A program made the position numbers and the translations under genes. DNA of 64,000 bases, from the NCBI GenBank assembly GCA_045122255.1, contig JBGVHJ010000019.1, positions 2,345-66,344 of the forward strand. The letters are read 5' to 3'. The notes under the pieces are model-generated. The model saw only the letters and a program-made list of their open reading frames with translations, ran no database searches and was not told where the DNA came from. The DNA is from Eubacteriales bacterium (GTDB taxonomy: Bacteria > Bacillota > Clostridia > Oscillospirales > CAG-272). Shown in pieces: positions 39,148 through 48,067 of the stretch; position 1 is the stretch's first letter; every line of letters starts with the position of its first letter.

Positions 39148-39516
39148 ATGGAAGAGATCAAAAATGAAGAGATCAAGTCTCTTGTAGGCGCAACTCCCCG
39201 TGAGCTTGCTGATGCCATCGCAGAGATTCTTGACAATAAAAAGGGAAAAGACGTAAAGGTCATCGAGGTTGGTGACAAGACCATTATCGCAGACTATTTC
39301 GTGCTTGCAAACGGTAATACCAACACCCACGTACGCGCTCTTGCCGACGAGGTTGAGTACAAGCTTGGCCTTGCGGGAGTCAATCCTATAAGAGAAGAGG
39401 GCAGAGACGGCAACAACTGGAGAGTTCTTGACTACGCCAGCGTTCTCGTTCACGTCTTCGACAGAGAAGCAAGAGAATTCTACAATCTCGATAAGCTTTA
39501 TACTGATTTTGAATGA
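39148..39516 (+). CDS. rsfS: ribosome silencing factor RsfS
   Basis: KGKDVKVIEVGDKTIIADYFVLANGNTNTHVRALAD...WRVLDYASVLVHVF pattern. ATG 39136 is also in frame. Confidence 0.88.
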   Translation: MEEIKNEEIKSLVGATPRELADAIAEILDNKKGKDVKVIEVGDKTIIADYFVLANGNTNTHVRALADEVEYKLGLAGVNPIREEGRDGNNWRVLDYASVLVHVFDREAREFYNLDKLYTDFE

Positions 39517-39534
39517 TATTATGATAAACTTTAT

Positions 39535-39571
39535 GGGGAGAGGAAAACCTTTGAAAGGTTTTCCTCTCCCC
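39535..39571. terminator. long hairpin between convergent rsfS and the small Cys-rich ORF
   Basis: About 16 bp of perfect stem, GGGGAGAGGAAAACCT.../...AGGTTTTCCTCTCCCC. Confidence 0.7.
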
Positions 39572-39579
39572 ATTTAATT

Positions 39580-39744
39580 TCATATTTTTTCTAAAGATTC
39601 GGGAAAGCAAAGCAAGTAATAGTCACATTCGTCGCAGCAACATTCAAAGCCTCTCTCTCCGTTGCCGAGACAGACGGTAGGCTCCCCGGGTGTAAGCTCT
39701 ATGCCGGTAATATCTATTATCTTTTTTTGAATACTTTGATTCAT
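39580..39744 (-). CDS. small cysteine-rich protein (54 aa, 6 Cys), unknown function
   Basis: MNQSIQKKIIDITGIELTPGEPTVCLGNGERGFECCCDECDYYLLCFPESLEKI. AGGGGGA SD just upstream of ATG 39744. It has its own promoter, leader and terminator. The alternative TTG at 39777 lies inside the leader terminator stem. Confidence 0.55.
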   Translation of the reverse strand: MNQSIQKKIIDITGIELTPGEPTVCLGNGERGFECCCDECDYYLLCFPESLEKI

Positions 39745-39756
39745 ATATCCCCCTAT

Positions 39757-39971
39757 AAAAAACAAAAAGTGCGCCAACCGAAGTCAGCGCACCGAAAAAC
39801 GCAAACTCCAAGTTGTCGCCAAACGAACTTATGCGCAGATAGATATTTTCATATCATCAAACGGGAGTTGCATTTTTACCAAATGGCTACGTTTAATGAT
39901 ATGACAAAAAAGGGTATAATTATCCCACAAAGAAAAAAATACCTAATGGCGCGATATTATGTTCGTTTGGC
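39757..39971 (-). promoter_or_regulatory. structured 5' leader with terminator (candidate riboswitch/attenuator, class unknown)
   Basis: On the minus strand: an 11-bp closing helix GCCAAACGAAC (39971-39961) / GTTCGTTTGGC (39828-39818). An inner 14-bp hairpin (39903-39890 / 39863-39850). Hairpin GGGATAATTATACCC (39926-39912). A 10-bp terminator stem with a UUCG loop (39792-39769) followed by U5GU6. Confidence 0.45.
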
Positions 39972-39977
39972 ATAACT

Positions 39978-40006
39978 ATTATAGCACAATTTTTGCATTT
40001 TGTAAA
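39978..40006 (-). promoter_or_regulatory. sigma-A promoter of the leader/small-ORF unit
   Basis: On the minus strand: TTTACA (40006-40001), a 17-nt spacer, then an extended -10 TGCTATAAT (39986-39978). Confidence 0.6.
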
Positions 40007-40104
40007 TATATTTCGTAAAATTTTGCAAAAGTGCTTTTTAGAGAGAAAAATGACAGAATAAAAGAAACCGCAGCCAAAAACTGCGGTTTCTGTGTTACAA
40101 ATTA

Positions 40105-40998
40105 TTAATTCCAACCCTCTTGCTGTTCCGCAAGCCTTTCGAGAAGGTAGGTGTCCTCCTTCATGACCTTTGCGGCATGGGCAAGTCTTTCGGTTTCAAA
40201 TCGAACCGAGGCTTTACCGATTCGCTCGTTGCAGCCCAGCGGATCGTGACCGCAATAAGCGTTGGGGAAGTCAAGATCCCAGCCGCCGTCGGCAAGCTTG
40301 ATCCCTGCCTTGCGGTATAACGAGCCCTTTCCCGTGGGCATGCCGCTTTCCTTGCCAAGCTGATCCCACTCAATGCTTTCGGGTGCTATATCCATAATGA
40401 ATGCCGTTTCACCGAAGCAGGCGTGGCCTATTATCATATTTTCCCTATGATACTTCAAAAGGAGCTCCTCGTCCTCTTTCGTTAATTCGGGGATAGAGCC
40501 GCTTCCGTTGGCTTCAAGATATTTGGCAAGACCGTGGGGAGCAGGGAGATCGATCTGAACTACTCCAACCACAAAATCTCTCTTTTTGTTAGTGAGCATT
40601 CTCTGGAAGGTGTTGAGCCAGGAATTGTTACCGCCGTGACAGTTGTAAATGAGAATTTTGTTATATCCGTTGCGGCTGATCTGCTCACAGAGAGTCTCGA
40701 GAAGATCCATCTGCATCTGTACGGGAATCGTTATATTGCCCTCGCTCATCTTGCCGCCCTTGGCTTCGATGGGTGCGCCGTTTGGCAGGTCTCCAAAGGT
40801 AAAATCGGGGAAAACGCAGAAGGTCTCCTTTTGCGATGCCTCATAAGCGATATGGCTTGCCATAAGTATGTCACATCCGAGTGCTAAGTGAAGTCCGTGC
40901 TTCTCAACGCATCCCATAGGAATGACGCAGACGTTTTTTGACTCCTCGCGAAGTTCGGCGAAATTGTGCGCGGTCTTATATATCCAACGTGTTTCCAT
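40105..40998 (-). CDS. creatininase-family amidohydrolase
   Basis: N-terminal IPMGCVEKHGLHLALGCD pattern typical of the creatininase family. The terminator AGAAACCGCAG/CTGCGGTTTCT (40063-40091) lies downstream. Confidence 0.7.
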   Translation of the reverse strand: METRWIYKTAHNFAELREESKNVCVIPMGCVEKHGLHLALGCDILMASHIAYEASQKETFCVFPDFTFGDLPNGAPIEAKGGKMSEGNITIPVQMQMDLLETLCEQISRNGYNKILIYNCHGGNNSWLNTFQRMLTNKKRDFVVGVVQIDLPAPHGLAKYLEANGSGSIPELTKEDEELLLKYHRENMIIGHACFGETAFIMDIAPESIEWDQLGKESGMPTGKGSLYRKAGIKLADGGWDLDFPNAYCGHDPLGCNERIGKASVRFETERLAHAAKVMKEDTYLLERLAEQQEGWN

Positions 40999-41015
40999 AA
41001 TTTACCTCCAAAGGC

Positions 41016-41852
41016 TTATTTTCCAAATCCCTCGATAGCATTTTTATCTGCTCTTGAAAGGTCGTATTCGATATTTTTGTTCTCATAAAAATACAGAAGC
41101 AGGGTAGCGTACGGATCCTTTTCGTAATCTATATCGTCAACGTAATAAACGTCGATCATTACCGCAAGTACGGTTTCATCGATCTTGATGCCGTCGAAAA
41201 TGAATTTTCTGTAGTTATATAGAGTCTTTTGGTGAGTTATAGCCTCCCCCGTAGGTTGGAAGCGAACGTATTTAACAGCATCCTTATTTTTGCCGTCGTT
41301 GTCGGTGTCGACTTCGGGAGTAAGGTCGTACATTATGGTGACGGTCACGTCGTAAACGTTGTCGTCGCGCTCAAGCGTGGGCTTGAAGTATTTTATGCAC
41401 TTTTCGGGATCGTCGGGACAGATCTTCTTTGCCGCATTGAGGGCATCTGCCTTTTTCTTGAAGGTCTCGGCATTGCCGTCGGAATCGGTTACAGTGTAGT
41501 AGGAGTAGTCCTCAGCGGTGTATTTCAGAGTGCTGTTATTGTAGCGTAGAATGAACTGAAGCTGCTCCGCCTCGTCGATAAATACCGTGCCCGAATTGGC
41601 AAAATATCCGTAGTTCTTTTCTTCTCGGGTGTAATCGGTCTGATCCTGATAGAAGAGCGTAAGCTTGCCGTTATTTTCTTCGTATGCCTCGCAGAGCTTT
41701 TCGTTGGGAGTTATAGTCTTGACTGCTCCGGGCACTGTGTTTCTGTCAACGGTTCTCCATACGAAGAAGCCGACGATAGAAAGGGAGAGCAGAAGTCCCA
41801 AGCCCTTTAAGATCAAGCCTGCCACTCGCATTTTATACTTTTTGTGTGCCAT
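41016..41852 (-). CDS. membrane-anchored hypothetical protein
   Basis: One N-terminal transmembrane helix (VAGLILKGLGLLLSLSIVGFFVW). The remainder is hydrophilic. I recognised no motif. Confidence 0.5.
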   Translation of the reverse strand: MAHKKYKMRVAGLILKGLGLLLSLSIVGFFVWRTVDRNTVPGAVKTITPNEKLCEAYEENNGKLTLFYQDQTDYTREEKNYGYFANSGTVFIDEAEQLQFILRYNNSTLKYTAEDYSYYTVTDSDGNAETFKKKADALNAAKKICPDDPEKCIKYFKPTLERDDNVYDVTVTIMYDLTPEVDTDNDGKNKDAVKYVRFQPTGEAITHQKTLYNYRKFIFDGIKIDETVLAVMIDVYYVDDIDYEKDPYATLLLYFYENKNIEYDLSRADKNAIEGFGK

Positions 41853-41874
41853 TCTTTTTCCTTTCAGATGCCCC

Positions 41875-42342
41875 TCAAGCCATATTTTTCAGCCTGTCAA
41901 GGGCGTTTTGCAGGATTATCTGTGCCGAGAGAGTGTCGATGACCTGCTTTCTTTTTTGTCCTCTCGTGTCGGTCTCATTGAGATAACGGGAAGCCGCCAT
42001 AGTGGTCATTCTCTCGTCCATCATAACGATGGGAAGAGAAGCGGTAGCCTCATCCTCTGCCAATATCTCGCCGAGAATGCGCGCGAATTTTTCCGCGTGC
42101 TCGGCTCTCGGACCGTGGCTGCCATCCATGTTTATGGGAAGACCCACAACCACTCCGCCAGTGATATTCTCCTCCTTGATTATCTCGGCGATCTTGGCAG
42201 CGGTTCTTTGCATTCCGCCAACGCTTATCTGATAAAGTCCGGAGGCGACTATTCGGTTTTTGTCGCAGGTGGCAAGACCGGTTCTTTTGTCACCGAAATC
42301 AATGCCGATAAGTCTGCCTTGCGTGTTCAATAATCTTTGCAT
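41875..42342 (-). CDS. ruvX: Holliday-junction resolvase-like nuclease RuvX (YqgF)
   Basis: RLIGIDFGDKRTGLA start and DERMTT motif. Confidence 0.88.
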   Translation of the reverse strand: MQRLLNTQGRLIGIDFGDKRTGLATCDKNRIVASGLYQISVGGMQRTAAKIAEIIKEENITGGVVVGLPINMDGSHGPRAEHAEKFARILGEILAEDEATASLPIVMMDERMTTMAASRYLNETDTRGQKRKQVIDTLSAQIILQNALDRLKNMA

Positions 42343-42353
42343 TTTTTCCTCAA

Positions 42354-42689
42354 TTAAAATTTAAAATCTACACTTGTAAGCTTTATAAGCAGCTTCATGC
42401 TGTCGGGCTGTACCTTTGCCTCGTGCGCCGCCTTGTTTCTGTGAAGCTCGCCGCACTTTGTGCATTTGTGAATGATGATATATCCCTTTTTGGGGTCGGT
42501 AATTACCTTGACGGGCTCCATAGGTGCGCGACACTCGCAGGCTCTGTCTCCGGGATTTATATCGACGTGAAGCGACCAGAGGCAGAAGGGGCAGTGATTG
42601 CGGGAGGTGTAGCCAAGTGGCTCTACCTCTTTACCACAATGAGCACAGATAAATCCGTTATCATTCTTTGTAAATCTTTTCTGTTCCAT
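42354..42689 (-). CDS. RNHCP domain-containing protein
   Basis: Literal RNHCPFCLWSLHVD motif plus CxxC pairs. Confidence 0.75.
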   Translation of the reverse strand: MEQKRFTKNDNGFICAHCGKEVEPLGYTSRNHCPFCLWSLHVDINPGDRACECRAPMEPVKVITDPKKGYIIIHKCTKCGELHRNKAAHEAKVQPDSMKLLIKLTSVDFKF

Positions 42690-42706
42690 CTGTTATCTAT
42701 TATCTA

Positions 42707-43555
42707 TTATCTTATTTTTACCGTCTCGCCGGGCTCTACCTTTACGGTTTTATCGCCTGAGATGAACCAAACCGTGAGAGCGGAGGGGTTATATACCATT
42801 TTGCCGTTTGCGGAAAATTCAAGAGCGCGATAAGCCTGGGTGTATTCGTACACCTGCATATTGTTGGCATACCATACGTCGTCGCGATTGCCGACTGCCT
42901 CGGCAAATTTCTCGATGACCTCCCAGTTGTTGTTGGTATCAAATTCGTAGGTGTGTCCCCAAAGGTAGAAAAGCTTGGGATTGGGGTATCTCGGAGCTTC
43001 GTTTAAAAATTTATCTACCAATTGCATAAGCTCGGGATTATTGTGATGGCAGGTTGCGGGCATATGGAACCAGTTTGTAGGAATATCGAAGCTTTTGGTT
43101 GAAAATGTAGTTCTTGCGTAAAGAATACCGCATTTGCGAAGAACTTCAATGACCTCGTTGCTTGTAGTACCGAAAGGATAAGCGTGACCCTTAACGATAA
43201 CTCCAAGCATCTCTTCAAGCACTCGTCTGTCCTCAACGATTTCATAAGCCACCATTTCCGCAGGAGTTTTATCAAGAAAGGGATGGCTGTAGCCGTGGGT
43301 CGCCACCTCGTGACCGTTTTCTATCGCCCTTGAATAGACCTCGGTTGCCTCGCGACGAGCCATTCTACGGTGAATCTGACCCTCCGGGTAGCTTCTTTCC
43401 TCATCCTCGAAGGAGTAGCCGTTTATATTAAAAGTACATTTGATGCCGTATTTATCAAGTATTTCTATAAATCTTATATCCTGCTGAACACCGTCATCGT
43501 AGCTGAGGGTGAGAGCCTTGTTTTTTCCTTCGGGGAAAAGCATAAAGTTAGTCAT
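42707..43555 (-). CDS. polysaccharide deacetylase family protein
   Basis: LTLSYDDG (NodB motif 1) and HGYSHP (motif 2). The start at ATG 43555 follows AAGGA. The upstream TTG at 43573 overlaps the GH36 stop. Confidence 0.8.
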   Translation of the reverse strand: MTNFMLFPEGKNKALTLSYDDGVQQDIRFIEILDKYGIKCTFNINGYSFEDEERSYPEGQIHRRMARREATEVYSRAIENGHEVATHGYSHPFLDKTPAEMVAYEIVEDRRVLEEMLGVIVKGHAYPFGTTSNEVIEVLRKCGILYARTTFSTKSFDIPTNWFHMPATCHHNNPELMQLVDKFLNEAPRYPNPKLFYLWGHTYEFDTNNNWEVIEKFAEAVGNRDDVWYANNMQVYEYTQAYRALEFSANGKMVYNPSALTVWFISGDKTVKVEPGETVKIR

Positions 43556-43569
43556 AATCTTTGTTCCTT

Positions 43570-45627
43570 TCAAATTTCTATTTCAAACATTCTTGCTTGA
43601 TAGTCTTCGGTAAATTCTATTTCAATATTATTGCCGTTAAGTCTGCATTCAAGAGTGCTGCAAGCAGGGTAAGCAATCCTTGCAGACTTAGGAGCGATGC
43701 CCTCAAGGGGAATGCTGACCTTTTTCTCACCGCCAAGATTCCATACTGCAAGATAGAGCTTTTCGTCGGTCAGAAGTCCCGATGCCACAAGAGTCTTACC
43801 GAAATTGGTAAAGCCTATGGGCATATAGGGGAGAGCAGTCTTTTTAGCCTCTCGAATGCTGTTATAATAGTCAACACCCTCTTTGACAAGAGCAAATTTT
43901 TCTTCGCTCAAAAGCTCAAGATGGCTTGCAAGATGCATTCTGCCGAGGAAGCTGTTTATCATATTCATAATGACTTGTTCATCGGATACGTTGGTATTTA
44001 CCCATTCCTCGGTAGCCGCAAAGCCGTCGATCCAAGAGTCGATGGGATAGCTCCATACCGCCGCCTGCTCGGGAAGAACCGCGGAGGCTATGTTACCTGC
44101 AATATAAGGGTATTTTCTGTATCTTACCTGATCGGAGGTGGAGACGATAGAGAAATGAGAGAGTGTCTCGTAGTCCATTCTCATGCCTCCCGATGAGCAG
44201 GTCTCAAAGAGAACGCTCGGGAATCTCTCACGGAGGCTGTCGATCCACTCAAGATAAGCGCGCGCCGCGCTTTCAAGTCCCTCACCGGGGGTGAGCGCAT
44301 CTACGTCGGTTCCGATAGCGCAATCCTGATTGTAGTCAAGCTTTATGTATTCCGCGCCAAGGTCTTCCACCATGTAGCGGATAGACTCGGTAAGATATTC
44401 CACCACCTTGGGATGACGGAAGTCCACGAAGCGGCGGTTATGTATCACAATGGGCTTTCCGTGACGGCAGAGGAAGCAGGTATCGTCGCCGTAGAAGTCG
44501 ATGATTTCGGACTTCCAGCCCACGCTCTCGGGCTCTATCCAAAGGCCGGGCTTCATGCCCAGCGACTTGATAAAGTCGAGAGTTGCCTTTACACCGTCAG
44601 GGAATCTCGCATGGCTCTCGCGCCATTTTCCAACGTAGTGGTATATGACGTTAGGCTCGCACTCATCGTGCCAACCACAGTCTATAACGTAGTATTCCAC
44701 ACCCGTCTTTGCAACCACGGGCGCGTATTTTTTTACGTTTTTCTCGCTGGGACCGTCCCAGGAGAGGTGCATATATTCGTTGAATATTGAGGGAAGGCTT
44801 TCGTCGGCAACACATCTGCCCGCAAAATGGCGGCGATGCTTGGTCATCTCACCGAGAAGACCGTTTAAGGTCTTGCCAAATGCGAGAGAAACACTTACTG
44901 TTTCGTACACCTCGCCGGGGATAAGCTCCTTGCTCCAAGAGCCGTTGGTAGAGTTCGCACCGCCCATATAAAGATAGTAACAACCGGGAACTGCGCCTAT
45001 TTCGTAGTACCACGAATTATTGCTCTCGATCTGGAACATCATCATTTCACCGTTATGCTTATCGTGAATGATGCCTTGGGGCAGAGCCTCCTTGGTAGAC
45101 CAGCTACCAACGTTGCAGAAGCTTATCTTCTTCTGATTCTGCGGGGAATCAAGGAAGAAGCCGAGATCGGCAAAGGATTGCTTGATAGGCTGACATTCTG
45201 CGTGATGGCTTTGGGTAAAACGGATAAAATCCATTTTGTCGGTGGTCATATAGCTTCCGATTCCGTGAAGTACAAAGGAAGATACCTCCTCAAGCACCAA
45301 GGGATTACTTGAAATATTTTCAACCGCCGTCTTAATTCTTACAGCGTTACAGTCTCCGAAATTTGTAAAGAAGGTGGTCACGCGCACAAACTCGCTTTCC
45401 TGAACCACGGTCAATATACCGTCCTTTTCCTCATGAGAAACATACTTCAGCTTCTCACCCTCGGATGAATTTATCATTTTCACTCCCATGTGGGTTATTT
45501 TATTTTCACCCGCGATTTGCACCTCGGCAAAGGGACGAGCAATGCCCTTGGCTAAATTGCCGACCTGTGTAATAAAAATCTTGCCGTTACCGATCTCAAA
45601 TCCAATATTTGCAAAGCTGAAGCTCAT
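43570..45627 (-). CDS. alpha-galactosidase-like glycoside hydrolase (GH36-type motifs)
   Basis: YIKLDYNQD (KxD nucleophile region) and CSSGGMRMDY motifs. No signal peptide. The start at 45627 follows GGAGGA. Confidence 0.7.
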   Translation of the reverse strand: MSFSFANIGFEIGNGKIFITQVGNLAKGIARPFAEVQIAGENKITHMGVKMINSSEGEKLKYVSHEEKDGILTVVQESEFVRVTTFFTNFGDCNAVRIKTAVENISSNPLVLEEVSSFVLHGIGSYMTTDKMDFIRFTQSHHAECQPIKQSFADLGFFLDSPQNQKKISFCNVGSWSTKEALPQGIIHDKHNGEMMMFQIESNNSWYYEIGAVPGCYYLYMGGANSTNGSWSKELIPGEVYETVSVSLAFGKTLNGLLGEMTKHRRHFAGRCVADESLPSIFNEYMHLSWDGPSEKNVKKYAPVVAKTGVEYYVIDCGWHDECEPNVIYHYVGKWRESHARFPDGVKATLDFIKSLGMKPGLWIEPESVGWKSEIIDFYGDDTCFLCRHGKPIVIHNRRFVDFRHPKVVEYLTESIRYMVEDLGAEYIKLDYNQDCAIGTDVDALTPGEGLESAARAYLEWIDSLRERFPSVLFETCSSGGMRMDYETLSHFSIVSTSDQVRYRKYPYIAGNIASAVLPEQAAVWSYPIDSWIDGFAATEEWVNTNVSDEQVIMNMINSFLGRMHLASHLELLSEEKFALVKEGVDYYNSIREAKKTALPYMPIGFTNFGKTLVASGLLTDEKLYLAVWNLGGEKKVSIPLEGIAPKSARIAYPACSTLECRLNGNNIEIEFTEDYQARMFEIEI

Positions 45628-45787
45628 GAATAGGTCCTCCCGAAAAAATAATTGTACGGAACACATAACTCCAATTATATAATACAATAAAAATAGTGAT
45701 TTGTCAATAAAATCGACGCTTTTTCACGGAATTTTCACTAATTTATCAGATCTGTGCATTCGTTGATATGAAGAGCGCAAATTGTAA

Positions 45788-45816
45788 TTGACAACGCGTT
45801 GCTTTTGTGCTAAAAT
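45788..45816 (+). promoter_or_regulatory. sigma-A promoter of the lipoprotein gene
   Basis: TTGACA, a 17-nt spacer, then TAAAAT, about 20 nt upstream of the SD AAGGAGGG. Confidence 0.6.
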
Positions 45817-45837
45817 AAAGAAAAAGGAGGGAATACT

Positions 45838-46872
45838 ATGAAAAAACGAATAACACTTCTATTGGCGGCAATTTTGCTGATCTGTCCTATCCTGTTTTCG
45901 TCCTGCGATACCCTGATTTTCGGTAGCTCTCCTGAGTACGTCTTATTTATGGAGGCAGAAGCGGAAAACGAGCGGTATATGATCTGGGGCGACCTTTTGG
46001 TGGATAGGCAGGAGAAGCTCATATATCCTTTGCAATATAAGGATAATCAATTCGATAACTATCACAGAGGATACGATTGCCCTACGCGCTTTGAGATTAC
46101 CGACAACAGTATTGTCCGCTACACATACCGCGCTGTGCCAAAGTACGATCAGGACACGGGAGCCGTCGCCTATTATCTATACTATAAAGCGAAGATAACC
46201 TTCGATTTTTACGGCTGTGAGGTAGTAAGATGGGTGTCCACCGAAGCGCTTTCCGAGGAAGAAATGCTATTTGATTGGGCTATTCAGCCGCACGTGAAGC
46301 CTCAGTCTGAGTGGTTTTCCTTCTGTCAGGAGCAGGGAAGCGGCAGACCTCGTTACGATGATCCCGAAGAAGAGCCGCCTACGTATACCGATATTCAGCA
46401 AAAGGCGGTAGATTATGCCTTCTCACTTGAAAAAGAGCTCTTGATGGATTACCATGTAACCACGGGATTTGGCAGAATGATTGAGGGTCGCCTTTATTTC
46501 TCGGTTACAAGATGTAATAAAAAGGACTGGGCAGGTCAATCCATGGTTACCGACGGTATTTACAGCAGCATGGTGGTCTGTTATAATCCCCTGACCGATC
46601 AATTTGAAAGACTGATCGAGTTTGATAGCAGAGAGGATATCCTTGTCTTCGATAGCGAACGCGTTCTGGTGGCGAAAAACGGAAAGATCTTTTCCTATTC
46701 CTACAAGACGGGAAAGGGTAAGCGGGTCTTTGATCTGAATTATCACGATTCTTACTGTATGCTCGAAGCCTCCGAAAGTGTCCTCTGCGTGAGCTGCACC
46801 GCCCCCTGCGATTGCCGTGTGTTTATGACCTTCGACGGCACCGTTATCGCAGAATATCACGACGTTGATTAA
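45838..46872 (+). CDS. lipoprotein, unknown function
   Basis: Signal peptide with lipobox (LFSSC). I recognised no domain. Confidence 0.6.
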   Translation: MKKRITLLLAAILLICPILFSSCDTLIFGSSPEYVLFMEAEAENERYMIWGDLLVDRQEKLIYPLQYKDNQFDNYHRGYDCPTRFEITDNSIVRYTYRAVPKYDQDTGAVAYYLYYKAKITFDFYGCEVVRWVSTEALSEEEMLFDWAIQPHVKPQSEWFSFCQEQGSGRPRYDDPEEEPPTYTDIQQKAVDYAFSLEKELLMDYHVTTGFGRMIEGRLYFSVTRCNKKDWAGQSMVTDGIYSSMVVCYNPLTDQFERLIEFDSREDILVFDSERVLVAKNGKIFSYSYKTGKGKRVFDLNYHDSYCMLEASESVLCVSCTAPCDCRVFMTFDGTVIAEYHDVD

Positions 46873-46920
46873 GAAGAACGGTAGCATGTATAGGCGCGAT
46901 AATTGAAATAACTAAATAGC

Positions 46921-46950
46921 AAAGCCCTGCCAACGCGGCAGGGCTTTGAT
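46921..46950 (+). terminator. intrinsic terminator
   Basis: AAAGCCCTGCC/GGCAGGGCTTT, an 11-bp stem. The T-run is weak. Confidence 0.6.
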
Positions 46951-46969
46951 TGTGTGGCATAGAATAAAA

Positions 46970-47066
46970 TCAAATTTTGATTTGTAGGGGAGTTGAGCGA
47001 CACCCTAAAACCGTAGGGCGGGGGCTTGCTCCTCCCGCGATATTGGGTTCAAATCGTTCATTCACT
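46970..47066 (-). repeat. mosaic palindromic intergenic element, truncated copy C
   Basis: Starts with TCAAATTTTGATTT. The next 85 nt or so align with the reverse complement of copy B 6160-6245 (GAGCGACACCCTAAAACCGTAGGGCGG...AAATCGTTCATTCA). It lacks the GATAAA hairpin end. Confidence 0.7.
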
Positions 47067-47098
47067 ACTCTAAGGAAAAGATGAAAATAACTTTTTAG

Positions 47099-47644
47099 TT
47101 ACTTGCTAAAATCATAAAAATCTCCATAATAAGTTTTCAAAAACTCAGGCCACTCGGATTGTGATACTTGAAATTTATTGCTCGGTTCTCCACTAAATCC
47201 CATTGCAATTATGGTGTGCTTTTCGTCGTTAAACGAATTCATAACGAACCAGTTTTTCCAATCGTCGCTGTCAACCCGTATGTTGATTCTATAAAACTCA
47301 TAACCATTATAAGAGTATTCCGGAGCATCGGACACAAAATCAGTATTATCAATTATATCTTTTTTTGCCTGCGCATAAATATCAGGAGAATATGTTAAAT
47401 AGAGAATTGCTACCTCGTAATAATCTCCGCCAAATATTCCTGTGTCGTAATATTGATAGTCTGCGTCCAAATAATTATATTTTTTGACAAAATTTGAAGA
47501 ATACAAAAAGAAATTAGTCAGCTCAACTTGAGAGTGATTGGGGTTATTTAAATAATTATCGATTCCGGAACTTTTAAATGCGCATGCGGTAAAGCAGCCG
47601 ATCAGTGATAGCATAACTAAGGATAAGCAAATAATTTTTTTCAT
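47099..47644 (-). CDS. lipoprotein, unknown function, AT-rich gene
   Basis: Signal peptide with lipobox (LIGC). Visibly lower G+C and A/T-ending codons compared with its neighbours. Confidence 0.6.
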   Translation of the reverse strand: MKKIICLSLVMLSLIGCFTACAFKSSGIDNYLNNPNHSQVELTNFFLYSSNFVKKYNYLDADYQYYDTGIFGGDYYEVAILYLTYSPDIYAQAKKDIIDNTDFVSDAPEYSYNGYEFYRINIRVDSDDWKNWFVMNSFNDEKHTIIAMGFSGEPSNKFQVSQSEWPEFLKTYYGDFYDFSK

Positions 47645-47754
47645 AGCGATCCCTCCCGTACAATATTTTATTTAAATTTATAGCTAACTGCTTAATTTTA
47701 TTGTATCATATTACATTTATCTTGTCAACACTTTTTGCAAACCGATTTTAGAGT

Positions 47755-48023
47755 TTCAAATTTTGATTTATCGAACTGTTGTAAAACTAAATGGTGCATC
47801 CTCATCCACCACTGCGTGGTCCCCCTTCCCCTGCCTTGGGGAAGGCTAACGCAAAGCGTGACCGATAGCGATTTTGTAGCCGTGATAAAGGTTTCGAGGC
47901 TACAGTTGAGGGTGCGGCGTAGTTAAAACTAAGCCCTCCCCAAGGCAGGGGAGGGGGGACCGCCGCGCGGTGGGTGAGGATGCACCTTTTCAATGGACTA
48001 CATCCCGATAAACTGCAATTTAC
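47755..48023 (-). repeat. mosaic palindromic intergenic element, copy D
   Basis: Termini TTCAAATTTTGATTT (47755-47769) and CCGATAAACTGCAATTTAC (48005-48023). The interior is one imperfect inverted repeat of about 55 bp (47793-47848 / 47930-47986). Confidence 0.8.
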
Positions 48024-48028
48024 ATTTA

Positions 48029-48062
48029 CAAAAAAATTCCTGCCTTTTGGCAGGAATTTTTT
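48029..48062 (-). terminator. bidirectional intrinsic terminator after the DUF896 gene
   Basis: AAATTCCTGCC-TTTT-GGCAGGAATTT flanked by an A-run and a T-run. Confidence 0.8.
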
Positions 48063-48067
48063 ATATA

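Noticed and set aside
39580-39744. Small six-Cys ORF as a SCIFF-type ribosomal peptide precursor
   Set aside because: The sequence does not resemble the SCIFF consensus (GGCGECQTSCQSACKTSC). No radical SAM maturase is adjacent. The nearby radical SAM genes belong to other operons.
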